Assembly (NCBI GenBank): GCA_951406725.2
Contig: OX597841.1
Location: forward strand, 25,916,001 to 25,980,000
Source of the DNA: Octopus vulgaris
Lineage: Eukaryota
DNA: 64,000 nt
Direction: 5' to 3'
A program made the translations under genes and the position numbers. Of this stretch, positions 35,140 to 50,665 are shown in pieces. The notes beneath the pieces are model-generated. The model had not been told where the DNA came from. It saw only the letters and a program-made list of their open reading frames with translations, and did no database searches. Every line of letters starts with the position of its first letter. Within the stretch, counting starts at the first letter, position 1.

Positions 35140-35818
35140 GATGTGGATGATGATGATGATGATGGTGGTGGTTGTGGTGGCGTGGTTGTCGTTGTCGTAA
35201 TGTAGTGATAGTTATGGTAGTAGTAGTAGTAGAAGAGAGTTGGCTGTGGTATGTGCAGTTGTAGCAGTGGTGGTGGTGTTGGTATATAGAGTAATGGCTG
35301 CAGAAGTGGTGGTGGTGATGGTGGCGGTGTTGGTAGTGGTGGTAGTGGTTGTGTTGGTGGTGGTGTTGATGGTGGCAATGCTTTTTGTGGTGGTAGTTGA
35401 GGTGGAGTTGTGGTGGTGGTGATTGTGGTAGTTGTGTTAGTGGTGTGGTAGTGGTGGTGGTAACAGTGGCAGTTGTGGTGGTGGTTGTGGTGGTGGTTGT
35501 GCTGGTAGTTGTGGTGGTGTTGGTGGTTGTGGTAGTTGTGGTGGTTGTGGTGGTGGTTGTGATGGTGGTGGTGTTGATGGTGGCAATGCTTTTTGTGGTG
35601 GTATTTGCCATGGTGGTAGTTGTGGTGGTGGTGGTTGTGGTAGTTGTGGTGATTGTGGTGGTTGTGGTTGTTGTAGTGGTAGTTATGATGGTGGTGGTAG
35701 TGGTAGTTGTTGTTGTGGCGGCAGTTGTAGTGATGATGGTGGTTATGATAGAGTTGATGATGATGGTTGGCAGTGGTTGTTCTGGAGGTAGCTGTGGTGG
35801 TGATGGTGGCAGTGTTTT

Positions 35819-35855
<37 letters not shown>

Positions 35856-36005
35856 TGAAATATTGGTGGTGAGGGTAGTGGTGGTGGTTGTTGTGACAGT
35901 AGTGGATGATGGTGCAGGTGGTGCTAGTGACAGCAGCACCTGCAGTAGAAGTAGTAGTGGTTGTAGTGGTGGTGATAGCAATAGTAGTGACTGTACTAGT
36001 GGTAG

Positions 36006-36040
<35 letters not shown>
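35140..36040. repeat. (GGT/GTT/GTA/GAT)n low complexity
   Basis: Direct reading; GGTGTTGATGGTGGCAATGCTTTTTGTGGTGGTA is duplicated. Confidence 0.9.
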
Positions 36041-36042
<2 letters not shown>

Positions 36043-36298
36043 ATACGACTATTTTCTACTCTGATCTATTCTAATTCAGATTGTTTCCCTGTATCTAAGT
36101 ATCAGCCCCGTAACAGTTCATTTAGGAATGATATCAACATTTTCTAGGCCGTCTCAGGATGTATAAGTGATATTGGCTTCTGTCCTGCTCCTTGACCCTT
36201 TATAATGGCCAAAGTTTGGCAGTTATATCTACAGTACCAAAGACTGCCCACAGTAAAAACATACAACAAACAAAGCACAACACAGAGCCAACACCATT

Positions 36299-36350
36299 CC
36301 ATATCCTGAAGATAGGGCTGAGGTAGTCCGGAAAAAGCTGATAGAAATGG
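36299..36350 (+). ncRNA. Degenerate type I hammerhead motif
   Basis: CCATATC | CTGAAGA | TA GGGCT-GAGGT-AGTCC G | GAAA | AAGCTG ATA | GAAATGG; stem I 6/7 paired, stem III damaged. Confidence 0.45.
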
Positions 36351-36522
36351 ATCTATGAATTTCTTGTTTCAAACAAACTGAAAGGTTCTGATTGGTTGAT
36401 ATGAAAAATTTTAATAGAATGATTAAATTTGAATATAGTAGTATTTTCAAGATTATACATACATACATACATACATATACATACATACATGCAAGCATAC
36501 ATACATACACACATTTGTACAT

Positions 36523-36670
36523 AGGTATGGGAGTGGCTGTGTGGTAAGTAACTTGCTTATGAACCACAAGGTTCCGGGTTCAGTCCCATTGCGTGGCACC
36601 TTGTGTCTTCTACTATAGCCTCGGGCCGACCAAAGCATTGGAAAATGGAAACTAAAAGAAGCCCATCGTA
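36523..36670 (+). mobile_element. SINE family A head
   Basis: GGAGTGGCTGTGTGGTAAG...AAGAAGCCCATCG. Confidence 0.85.
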
Positions 36671-36714
36671 TATATATATGTATGGGTGTTCTTATAGCCA
36701 CATCTATCTAGCTA

Positions 36715-40810
<4,096 letters not shown>

Positions 40811-41477
40811 CATTTTTGTGGCTGTTTTTGCTGCTATTTTTTTTTTGCTTTATGTTTAAGCTTTTGTTTGCTTTTTTTCTGTTTTCTGGGAGGGTTTTGG
40901 AAAAAAATTTCCAACGAGAAATTGAAAAGGAAGGAGGATGAGTATTTTCCGTCCATTGTTTTAACGGAAAAATGAAGAGATTGAGAGGCAAAGGAGGGCT
41001 GTGGTTGTGGGTGGTCGTTGTCTGTTGGAGAGAGCGTAAAATGAAAATGAAAGAAGAGGAAAGTGGTGTAAATAAAAAGAAAAATCAGACAAAAAAAAAT
41101 TAATAAATGAGTAACAGGAACAAAAAATATAAATACTGTACAAAAACAGAGAATATATATATAAAAATCTATATCATCGTAAGCCTCAGTCCATTGATAT
41201 GTGTGGTTATGCTCCACCATTACTGCAAATGTTGATATTAGAAAAAAAAGAAACCTTAAAAAAACAAGGAAAAGAGGGGGGAAAAGGGGAAAAAACAAAT
41301 GAAACGCAACATATGTATGCATATATGTGTATATATATTACATACTGTGTATTTGCTTTTGTCTCTTAATTTCATTATATATACATACACACACATATAT
41401 ATATATATGCTTATATAATATTATGTATATTATAAATAAATATTATATATTCACTATACATGTATCTGTATTTGTGA

Positions 41478-41522
<45 letters not shown>

Positions 41523-41530
41523 TAGATATA

Positions 41531-42995
41531 CTCTCTTTACTCTTTTACTTGTTTCAGTCATTTGACTGCGGCCATGCTGGCGCACCGCCTTTAGTCGAGC
41601 AAATTGACCCCAGGACTTATTCTTTGTAAGCCTAGTACTTATTCTATCGCTCTCTTTTGCCCAACAGCTAACCTACGGGGACGTAAACACACCATCATCG
41701 GTTGTCAAGCGATGTTGGGGGACAAACAAAGACACACAAACACATATGCACACATACATATATATATATATACATATATACGACAGGCTTCTTTTAGTTT
41801 CTGTTTACTAAATCCACTTACAAGGCCTTGGTCAGACCGAGGCTATAGTAGAAGACACTTGCCCAAGGTGCCATCTAGTGGGAATGAACCCAGAACCATG
41901 TGGTTGGTAAGCAAGCTCCTTACCACACAGCCACTCCTGCACCTATATATATTTATATATATATATAGAAAGATATATATATAGATATATGTATATTTAT
42001 ATATATATATATATATATATTTGAAACATACATATATACATATATACCTTTTACTTGTTACAGTCATTAGACTGTGGCCATGCTGGAGCAGAGCTTTGAA
42101 GAATTTTCTTAGTCAGATGTATTGACCCCAAGAGTTATTGTTTTAAAGCCTGGTACTTATTCTGTCGATCTCCATGATGGACCACTAAGTTACTGCAGGG
42201 ACATAAACAAATTAATACTATTTGTTAAGCACTGTGTGTGTGTGTGTGTGTGTGTGTATGTATAAAGTGGCTGTGTGGTAAGAAGACTGTTTCACAACCT
42301 CATGGTTTCAGGTTCAGCTCCACTGCATGTCACCTTGGGCAAGTGTCTTCTACTATAGCCTCAGGTTGATCAAAGCCTTTTGAGAGGATTTAGTAGATGA
42401 AAACTGATAGAAGCCCATCATATATATATATATATATATATAATATATATATATATATAGGCGCAGGAGTGGCTGTATGGTAAGTAGCTTGCTTATGAAC
42501 CACATGGTTCCGGGTTCTGTCCCAATGTGTGGCACCTTGGGCAAGTGTCTTCTACTATAGCCTCGGGCCGACCAAAGCCTTGTGAGTGGATTTGGTAGAC
42601 GGAAACTGAAAGAAGCCCTTCGTATATATGTATATATATATATGTATGTGTGTGTGTGTTTGTGTGTCTGTGTTTGTCCCCCTAGCATTGCTTGACAACC
42701 GATGCTGGTGTGTTTATGTCCCCGTTACTTAGCGGTTTGGCAAAAGAGACCGATGGAATAAGTACCGGGCTTACAAAAGAATAAGTCCCGGGGTCGAGTT
42801 GCTTGATTAAAGGCGGTGCTCCAGCATGGCCGCTGTCAAATGACTGAAACAAGTAAAAGAGTAAAAGAGTAAAGAGAATATACACACACACATATATATG
42901 TATGGCACCTTGGGCAAGTGTCTTCTACTATAGCCTCGGGGCGACCAAAGCCTTGTGAGTGGATTTGGTAGACGGAAACTGAAAGAAGCCTGTCG

Positions 42996-43034
<39 letters not shown>

Positions 43035-43230
43035 TTGTGTGTCTGTGTTTGTCCCCCTAGCATTGCTTGTGTTTACGTCCCCGTCACTTAGCGGTTCGGC
43101 AAAAGAGACCGATAGAATAAGTACTGGGCTTACAAAAGAATAAGTCCCGGGGTTGAGTTGCTCGATTAAAGGCGGTGCTCCAGCATGGCCGCAGTCAAAT
43201 GACTGAAACAAGTAAAAGAGAAAAGAGAAA
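41531..43230. mobile_element. SINE family A cluster: 41531-41944 (-), 42047-42230 (-), 42266-42420 (+), 42459-42875 (+), 42903-43230 (+)
   Basis: Family A motifs. Confidence 0.9.
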
Positions 43231-43244
43231 GAGATATATATATA

Positions 43245-43535
43245 TATGTTGCTGCCGTTTCATTTTTAGAGCCATTCGCAGCCCCCTTGTGTAGCAACCA
43301 GCATCAAGTTTTTGATGTGTGATGATATTTTCATCATCATGAAGTGGGTTCCACAGGATCAATTTTGATGCTTCCATTTGAGGATGGTGCACGCAGTAAC
43401 CAAATACTCGCAGCCATTTATGCCTGATCTTTCCGCAGGTCTCCAGAAAGGCATTCATTTCCCATATGTTGCTGCCATTTCACTTTTAGGGCCATTCGTA
43501 GCATCCCTGTGTAGGATGAATTTCTTTGACAGTAT
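43245..43535 (-). pseudogene. Degraded RTE/RTE-X-type LINE ORF2 C-terminal fragment with internal duplication
   Basis: Minus-strand frames give YTGMLRMALKVKWQQHMGNECLSGDL / KIRHKWLRVFGYCVHHPQMEASKLILWNPLH and a second KLDAGCYTRGLRMALKMKRQQHI, matching the post-RT region of RTE-group ORF2. Confidence 0.75.
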
Positions 43536-43626
43536 GATCTGTCTGATTGCCTCCTACTATAGACCCAGATTGACCAAAGCCATGTATGAACCTGGTAGGT
43601 GGAAATTGAAAGTTTCCTGTCGTAAT

Positions 43627-43845
43627 GGCACATGGCTTAGTGGTTAAGGGGCTGGACTCATGATCATAAGATTGCGGTTTCATTCCTGCACCAGGCAATG
43701 TGTTGTGTTCTTGAGCAAAACCCTTCATTTTCACGTTGCTCCAATAAAAATGTCCTGGGATCAATTTCTTCGACTAAAGCCCTTCAAAGTGGTGCTACAG
43801 CGTGGCCACAGTCAAATGACTGAAACAAGTAAAAGAGAAAAAGAA
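43627..43845 (+). mobile_element. SINE B-like head joined to a family A-like tail
   Basis: GGCACATGGCTTAGTGGTTAAG...TTCACGTTGCTCCA, then GTCCTGGGATCAATTT...GCCACAGTCAAATGACTGAAACAAGTAAAAGA. Confidence 0.65.
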
Positions 43846-43867
43846 TATATATATATATATATATGTA

Positions 43868-44145
43868 GTGGAGGCACAGCAGACTTACGGTCGAGGGATC
43901 GCGGGTTTGAATCTCAGACTGAGTGATGTGTGTGTTTATGAGCGAAACACATAAGCTCTACGCAGCTCCAGCAGAAGGTAATGGCGAAACTTCTGCTGAC
44001 ACTTTAGCCACAACTTTCTCTCACTCTTCCCTCCTTCATCTTGCAGCTCACCTGCGACAGACCGGTGTCCCGTCCAGGTGGGGAACCTATATGACAAGGA
44101 AACTGGGAAACCGGCTCTTATGAGCCATGGCTCAAGAAGGAACAA
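43868..44145 (+). mobile_element. tRNA-derived SINE related to family E
   Basis: GGATCGCGGGTTTGAATCTCAGAC...TTTATGAGCGAAACAC...GCCACAACTTTCTCTCACTCTT shared with the 56852-57495 copies. Confidence 0.7.
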
Positions 44146-44361
44146 ACATATATATATATATATATATATATATAGGTTATATACACTGTTATATATTTTG
44201 TTTTATATTGTTCTGTTTACCTTCCTTTTTGTACAAATGTGTATTATATTATATAAGTGTAGCATTATGATATATAAGTTTTTATATTTTACATTTTTAT
44301 ATTTTTATATTTATATGTATATGATTATATAATATTTTTCACTATTATAACAAATTTAATT

Positions 44362-44480
44362 TAATTCTCTGAAGAGGCCGTGGGGCATCCTTGTTAATGC
44401 CTCATTTATACCTGCCTTTATGGCTTATAGGTTAAATGAGGTATGACTGTCCTCACTGCCGAAACAGCTGTCAGTTTTGA
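44362..44480 (+). ncRNA. Type I hammerhead with long stem II in an AT-rich Penelope-like remnant (~44175-44680)
   Basis: CT | CTGAAGA (44369-75) | GGCCGTGGGG...CCTCACTGCC with inner hairpin ATGCCTCATTTA/TAAATGAGGTAT | GAAA | CAGCTG | TC | AG; ACAGCTGT palindrome. Stem I only 2 bp. Confidence 0.6.
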
Positions 44481-44697
44481 TTTATTTGCATATTATATTT
44501 GAAATTTTTTACTTATATCTCTTTATCTTTTTACTTTTACTATTACTGTATATCTCATTTCATTTTATATATTGCCTTTACTCATATGTAATGGTGTATT
44601 AAAGTATGGATTGAGTATCATCGGATAGTTGATGTTTTACTGATTTAAGTATGTTTCTCCATTCTCTAATTTTGTAGTATATATATATATATATATA

Positions 44698-45345
44698 ACG
44701 GGAAGCTTTATGAAAATAAACAAAAGACGAAGGCAGGTGGAAAACAAACGAACAATTGTATTAGTATGGCGCTCAGGAAATATAAATAAAACAAGTCTTT
44801 AACGTTTCGAGCCTACGCTCTTCAACAGAAAGATACACAGAGAGAAAAAAAACACAGAAAGAAGGAGAGAAAAAAAATGCGTGCAGTAGCTAACGAATCA
44901 ACATGGCAATCTGATTTCGGCCAGAGGTCAAAGATCAAACATGAGACGCGAGAGCGAAATAAGGGGAGATAATAGGGTTGATAATAGGGTTGATAATAGG
45001 GTTGAAGGACCAGCTAATAGTGCGTAGGAGGGGTCTGGACGTGTGTATGTATAGGGTTGGTGTATGTATTAGTATGTATAAGGGTGTGTGTGTGTGTGTG
45101 TGTGTGTATGAGAGAGTATTAGTGCGTAGGATTGGTCTGGACGTGCGTATGTATGGGGTTGGTGTATGTATTAGTATGTATTAGTACGTATTAGTATGTA
45201 TAAGTGTGTGTGTGTGTGTATGAGAGAGTATAAGTGCGTATGAGGGGTCTGGACGTGTGTATGTATAGGGTTGGTGTATGTATTAGTATGTATTAGTATG
45301 TATTAATACGTATTAGTATGTATTAGTTGGTGTATGTATTAGTAT
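44698..45345 (-). mobile_element. Penelope-like element end with hammerhead-like motif (44796-44833) and ~105-bp tandem repeat x3 (45018-45340)
   Basis: Minus strand TCTTT | CTGTTGA | A GAGC-GTAG-GCTC | GAAA | CG | TT | AAAGA; homologous to 9340-9490. GGTCTGGACGTG(T/C)GTATGTAT occurs three times. Confidence 0.55.
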
Positions 45346-45389
45346 GGCACATCATATATGATGTGATGTGTAAAGTCGTGTGGTGTAGT

Positions 45390-45700
45390 GAGGAGAAGAG
45401 GGGGAGGGGGAGAAGAGGGGGAGAGAAGGGGAGGGGAAGAAGAGGGGTAGGAGAGGGGGAAGAGGAGAGGATGGGGAGAAGGAAGGGGAGGAGGGGGAGG
45501 AAGGAGGAAAGAGGGAGAGGGGAGAGAGAAGGGGAGTGAGGGAGTGAGGGAGCAGAGGGAAGGTGAAGAGGGAAGGAGGGAGGGAGAAAGAGGGAAGAAG
45601 GGAAGGGGAGTAGGGGTGAAAGGATGAAGGACTGAAGAAGTAGGGGTCGGGGGGAAGGATAGGTGAGGAGGGGGAGAGAGAGAGAGAGAGAGAGTGAGGG
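45390..45700 (+). repeat. Polypurine G-rich tract (G4/triplex potential)
   Basis: Almost pure G/A with many GGG(G) runs. Confidence 0.8.
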
Positions 45701-45791
45701 CGTGATATTATGGGTGGGGGGGAATTAAAATTTTAAAGTGCCCCTTTTTTTTTTCTTCGTAAAATCAAAATCTTCGTAATCGAAAATGAGG

Positions 45792-46184
45792 GGCAATCTT
45801 TCGTCTCTAGTAGACCTTTCCGTCGATTTCCGTAAAATTTTTTTTTTTTTTTACGTATGGGCTTGCGGGAACTTTTGAAGTAATGAGAGCGAAAGAGACT
45901 AAGAGAAAGCGATTGTATGACGAGGGAATTTCTTTTGAAGTTACCGTGCATGTGAAGCATTGATGTATATGTGTGTGTTTGATGGGGTGTGGGAGACAGA
46001 CAGTATGTTGTGTAAGTGAAGTGCTTCTGTTAGTGTGTGTGAAGAGACAGAGTAATGTGTGAAAGAAAGAGATAACTGAAATTTTTTACTCGGTGTATGT
46101 GTATATATGTATGTATATTACTTCAAAAGTTCCCGCAAGCCCATATGTAAAAAAAAAATTTTTTTTACGGAAATCGACGGAGGG
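45792..46184. mobile_element. Second Merlin-like MITE family, right end truncated, inside an outer palindrome (~45725-46255)
   Basis: TIR GGCAATCTTTCGTCTCTAGTAGACC...; inverted relative to 48195-48618. Flanks TTCGTAAAATCAAAAT...CGAAAAT / ATTCTCG...ATTTTGATTTTACGAA are inverted repeats. Confidence 0.8.
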
Positions 46185-46721
46185 ATTCTCGAGTAAGGAA
46201 ATTTTGATTTTACGAAAAAAACAAAAAAACAAAACGGCTTTTTAAAATTTTAAATTGTTGGGTTTAAAAAAAAAACCCCAACAAAAACAAAACAAACCAA
46301 AACAACTAAAACACAAAACAAAATCAACAACAAAAAAACTGGATGCGGTTCACATTCATTAACGTCTGCCGACGGAGAGGACCGTCTCTAAAACATTTCC
46401 AATTGTAACTTCGATCTATTTCGTTCAACTGTTATCCCGAGTTGATATTTGAAAGGTAAGAGATTCTTCAATATCTTCCATAATTGCTGTTTGAACTTTT
46501 GTTTCATGTAACGATTGGTTTTTTATAAAAAATTATATAAATATTTAAAATTTTCAGTTATCATACGATCATCATAATTTGTCTTCGTTATGTTTGCTTC
46601 AAGTATCGGCTTAACAATTCACTCAAACGTTAATTAAGATAAGTCATTATCAATGAAAAAAGAAAAATGAACACAGTAGAACACGATATTGATTCAGAAA
46701 AACGTTTAATATACTTTAAAA

Positions 46722-47338
46722 CAGTGGTTTTCAACCAGGGTTCTGCCAGTACAGTCCAGGGGTTCCGCAAGAAGTTACAAAAATGCTAAAATCGGCAGTA
46801 ATTTTTAAGTCTCCTGTGCAGATATGTGTGCATAAGACAATCAAATTATTGCACAGGGGTTCCCCGAGCCAGTGGAATGTTTTCTTGGGGTTCCGCTCCA
46901 GCAAAAAGATTGAAAGGCACTGCTTTAGGGTTCCGTGGAACCTTAGGGTTCCGTTGAACCTTAGGGTTTCGCCAGTACAGTCCAAGGGTTCCGCAAGAAG
47001 TTACAAAAATGCTAAAATCGACAGTAATTTTAAATTCTCCTGTGCAGATATGTGTGCATAAGACAATCAAATTATTGCACAGGGGTTCCCCGAGCCAGTG
47101 GAATGTTTACTTGGGGTTCCGCTCCAGCAAAAAGATTGAAAGGCACTGCTTTAGGGTTCCGCCAGTACAGTCCAGGGGTTCCGCAAGAAGTTACAAAACT
47201 GCTAAAATCGGCAGTAATTTTTAATTCTCCTGTGTAGATATGTGTGCATAAGACAATCAAATTATTGCACAGGGGTTCCTCGAGCCAGTGGAATGTTTCC
47301 TTGGGGTTCCGCTCCAGCAAAAAGATTGAAAAGCACTG
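46722..47338. mobile_element. hAT-like MITE, three tandem units
   Basis: CAGTGGTTTTCAA...TTGAAA(A/G)GCACTG termini; right TIR ends at ~46922, ~47148 and 47338; imperfect 8-bp TSD CTTTAAAA/CTTTTGAA. Confidence 0.8.
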
Positions 47339-47538
47339 CTTTTGAATGTTATGATTGCGTAACGAAATACAAGCCATTAATGATACAATAATGGCTGCCG
47401 GTGTCGTCTGCCATCTTCATGCCATTGTGATCCACATTCAAAAGTTTCTAATTGCGCACAGACCTAAATTCTTGGAGGGGTTTAATGCAGTTTCGCACCT
47501 CTCCTTCAAAAATGCATTTTATTTTGAAGTTTCTTTTT

Positions 47539-47880
47539 GATCTTTTCGGTTTGAACGGTTTCCACGTAACTAAACGGCAGTTTTTAACATAATTTCTAGG
47601 TAACTAAAAAAATTTAAACTTCGTATACTGGTAGAATGTGTTTATAAAACATCTTTTTCTCTTGGCTTTATTGAGAAAATTCTATAGTTTGTAAGATATT
47701 TGGGATCTTTTCGGTTTGAACGGCAGTTTTTAACATAATTTCTAGGTAACTAAACACTTTTAAACTTCGTATACTGGTAGAATGTGTTTATAAAACATCT
47801 TTTTCTCTTGGCTTTATTGAGAAAATTCTATAGTTTGTAAGATATTTCTTGTTTCTTTCCTGCAATTTCAACCAATCACC
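47539..47880 (-). mobile_element. Two tandem right-end fragments of the 11215-12313 MITE family
   Basis: GATCTTTTCGGTTTGAACGG at ~47539 and ~47704, each followed by the reverse complement of the 11655-11770 sequence. Confidence 0.85.
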
Positions 47881-48194
47881 AGAAACATGTATTTACATCA
47901 AATACTACACCGGCACCCAATTATGCTTTTTTAAAGAGTTTATGGAGTGTAGGCTAAATTTGGTGTTTAAGGAATTTTTTTCAAATTTATATTCTAAAGG
48001 TATTTAATGGCGTTGCCCCAGCATGGCCGCAGCCTCAAGGCTGAAACATATAAAAGAATAAAAGAATCGTATATTTGTTTTGGTTTCAGATTCAGAGTGT
48101 CCCACATTTTAAATTACTCTCGAGCGGCGCTTCTTTAAAATAAAGCTTTTTAATCATTTTTGTGTGTTTCTTAAATGGCTTATAATAAAAGTTT

Positions 48195-48618
48195 GGCGAT
48201 CTTTCGTCTCTAGTAGACCTTCCGTCGATTTCCGTAAAATTTTTTTTTTTTTAACATATGGGCTTGCGGGAACTTTTGAAGTAATATACATACATATACA
48301 CATACACCGAGTAAAAAATTTCAGTTATCACTTTCTTTCACACATTACTCTGTCTCTTCACACACACTAACAGAAGCACTTCACTTACACAACATACTGT
48401 CTGTCTCCCACACCCCATCAAACACACACACACACACACATGTACATCAATGCTTCACATGCACGGTAACTTCAAAAGAACTTCCCTCGTCATACAATCG
48501 CTTTCTCTTAGTCTCTTTCGCTCTCATTACTTCAAAAGTTCCCGCAAGCCCATATGTAAAAAAAAAAAATTTTTTTACGGAAATCGACGGAAAGGTCTAC
48601 TAGAGACGAAAGATTGCC
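48195..48618. mobile_element. Intact Merlin-like MITE with 8-bp TSD
   Basis: ~90-bp TIRs GGCGATCTTTCGTCTCTAGTAGACC...GGTCTACTAGAGACGAAAGATTGCC; TSD AAAAGTTT at 48187-48194 and 48619-48626. Confidence 0.9.
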
Positions 48619-48930
48619 AAAAGTTTATTCCATGCTGCAATAGTTTTTAATCATTTTTTTCCCTCAAATGTTTACCCACCCTGTTATCATCACTGAATTT
48701 TTTTCTGTTTGTTATTTTTTGTCATGTACTGCTCCACATTTTTAAAACACTTGTAAATTGTATTTATTTCAGAAAAAAATTGAGAAAAACAAAAAAAAAC
48801 TACCATGCATAGATCAAAATTTTTCAGTTTTTCAGGGATTTCTTAAAACATTAAACGAAGTGGAAGAAGGAAATTTTTTCTGTAAAAATCGTCTTACATG
48901 TATTTCAAAATGCGAAATGCCTTTACGTAA

Positions 48931-49656
48931 CCTCTTAACATACACATTTTTTTTTTTTCAATTTCCATGCAAAAAATTAATTTTATTTATTTTGAATCCG
49001 TATATAAGAAAGAATATGTACACGATTTTGGCACTACTAGCGAACAGTGGTATCCCGGTGGTAGAATTAACAGCTAATAATATAGTTAATGGGAACAACA
49101 TCATGGGTTTGATCTATGGTTATGGCAGGGTCCTCGACTCCACAGACCTCCATGGTCTTTCTTGCTGCCTAAATGCTGGTCGCTTCACGCGTCATACGGA
49201 GTTGAACCTGATACTCAAGAGGAGCTTGGCTGGGGGGAAGCATCCCTTGCATCTTGGAACCATCTGGATTATCCAGGTGTAATGGGAAAAAGTTTTGTAA
49301 AACTTTTTTTAAAGAATTTTTTTTTTCTAAATATGCAGAAAAATCAGGATTCAGCAAAAATTTCAAAACATTTCTGAACTAACGGTTATGGTTTTAGGGT
49401 TTTAAAGTTAGGGTTTTTGGGTTAGTGTTGCGGAAAAAAATCAAAATTGAAGAAGTTGGGGGGAAAGGGGGAGAATTTTTCACAATGCCAATTTTTGGCA
49501 ATTTTCCGGAACGTCAATATCCGAAAACGGGGATTTTTGGCAAAAAAAAAAAAATATTTTAAATATACAAATTTGGGAGAGAACGTATATATTTTCTTTC
49601 AAATATATTTACAAGACATCTCTGAACGAAAATATACGGGATAATATGTTAAGAGG
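48931..49656. mobile_element. Possible piggyBac-like MITE enclosing a LINE fragment
   Basis: GTAA|CCTCTTAACATA ... TATGTTAAGAGG|TTAA (12-bp perfect inverted repeat, TTAA-like flanks). Confidence 0.5.
49120..49290 (+). pseudogene. Fragment of an RLE-type non-LTR retrotransposon (CRE-like): zinc knuckle to start of the endonuclease
   Basis: GRVLDSTDLHGLSCCLNAGRFTRHTELNLILKRSLAG, frameshift in a G run, then SIPCILEPSGLSRCNGK: the H-x-L-S-C...RH..LN...LEP motif that precedes RPD. Confidence 0.75.
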
Positions 49657-49857
49657 TTAAAGATATGTTCTGTAACATCATATACTTGGAAGAACCAAAT
49701 GTAGCTCTCAGATGAATCCCTTTTGCCAGTTAATAAAAGTTTGTTCCTTATATTTGTTTGGTCAAAGATTAATGAGTAATTTTTGGTTATCTCACCCCCA
49801 TTAAAAAATTGGGCTTTCTCCTCCATTTTTGATCATCTTCAACTAAAGAAAATGTTT

Positions 49858-50665
49858 AGGAGTGGCTGTGTGGTAAGTAGCTTGCTTATGAACCACATGG
49901 TTCTGGGGTCAGTCCCACTGCGTGGCACCTTGGGCAAGTGTCTTCTACTATTGCCTCGGGCCGACCAAGGCCTTGTCAGTGGATTTGGTTGATGGAAACT
50001 GAAAGAATCCTGTCGTATATATGTATATATATATATATTTTTGTATGTATGTGTGTGTATATGTTTGTGTGTCTGTGTTTGCCCCCCCCCCCCAATATCG
50101 CTTGACAACCGACGCTGGTGTGATTACGTCCCCCGTAACTTAGCAGTTCGGCAAAAGGGACCAATAGAATAAGTACTAGGCTTACAAAGAATAAGTCCTG
50201 GGGTTGATTTGCTCAACTAAAGGCGGTGCTCCAGCATGGCCACAAGTAAAAGAGTAACCCACAATAAAGAATATAAAAAAAAGATGAGTGGTAAGTAGCT
50301 TGCTAACCAACCACATGGTTCCGGGTTCAGTCCCACTGCGTGGCATCTTGGGCAAGTGTCTTCTGCTATAGCCCCAGGCCGACCAATGCCTTGTGAGTGG
50401 ATTTGGTAGACGGAAACTGAAAGAAGCCTGTCGTATATGTATATATATATATGTGTGTGTATGTTTCTGTGTCTGTTTGTTCCCCTAGCATTGCTTGACA
50501 ACCGATGCTGGTGTGTTTACGTCTCCGTAACTTAGCGGTTCGGCAAAAGAGACCGATAGAATAAGTACTGGGCTTACAAAGAATAAGTCCCGGGGTCGAT
50601 TTGCTCGACTAAAGGCGGTGCTCCAGCATGGCCGCAGTCAAATGACTGAAACAAGTAAAAGAGAG
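49858..50665 (+). mobile_element. Two SINE family A copies (49858-50255, 50288-50665)
   Basis: Family A motifs. Confidence 0.9.

Noticed and set aside
48758-49282. 174-aa ORF as a gene
   Set aside because: Only the last ~45 codons resemble protein (LINE fragment, frameshifted); the rest is AT-rich repeat sequence.
49780-49795. miR-9-like TTTGGTTATCT
   Set aside because: The match is only ~11 nt and there is no precursor hairpin.
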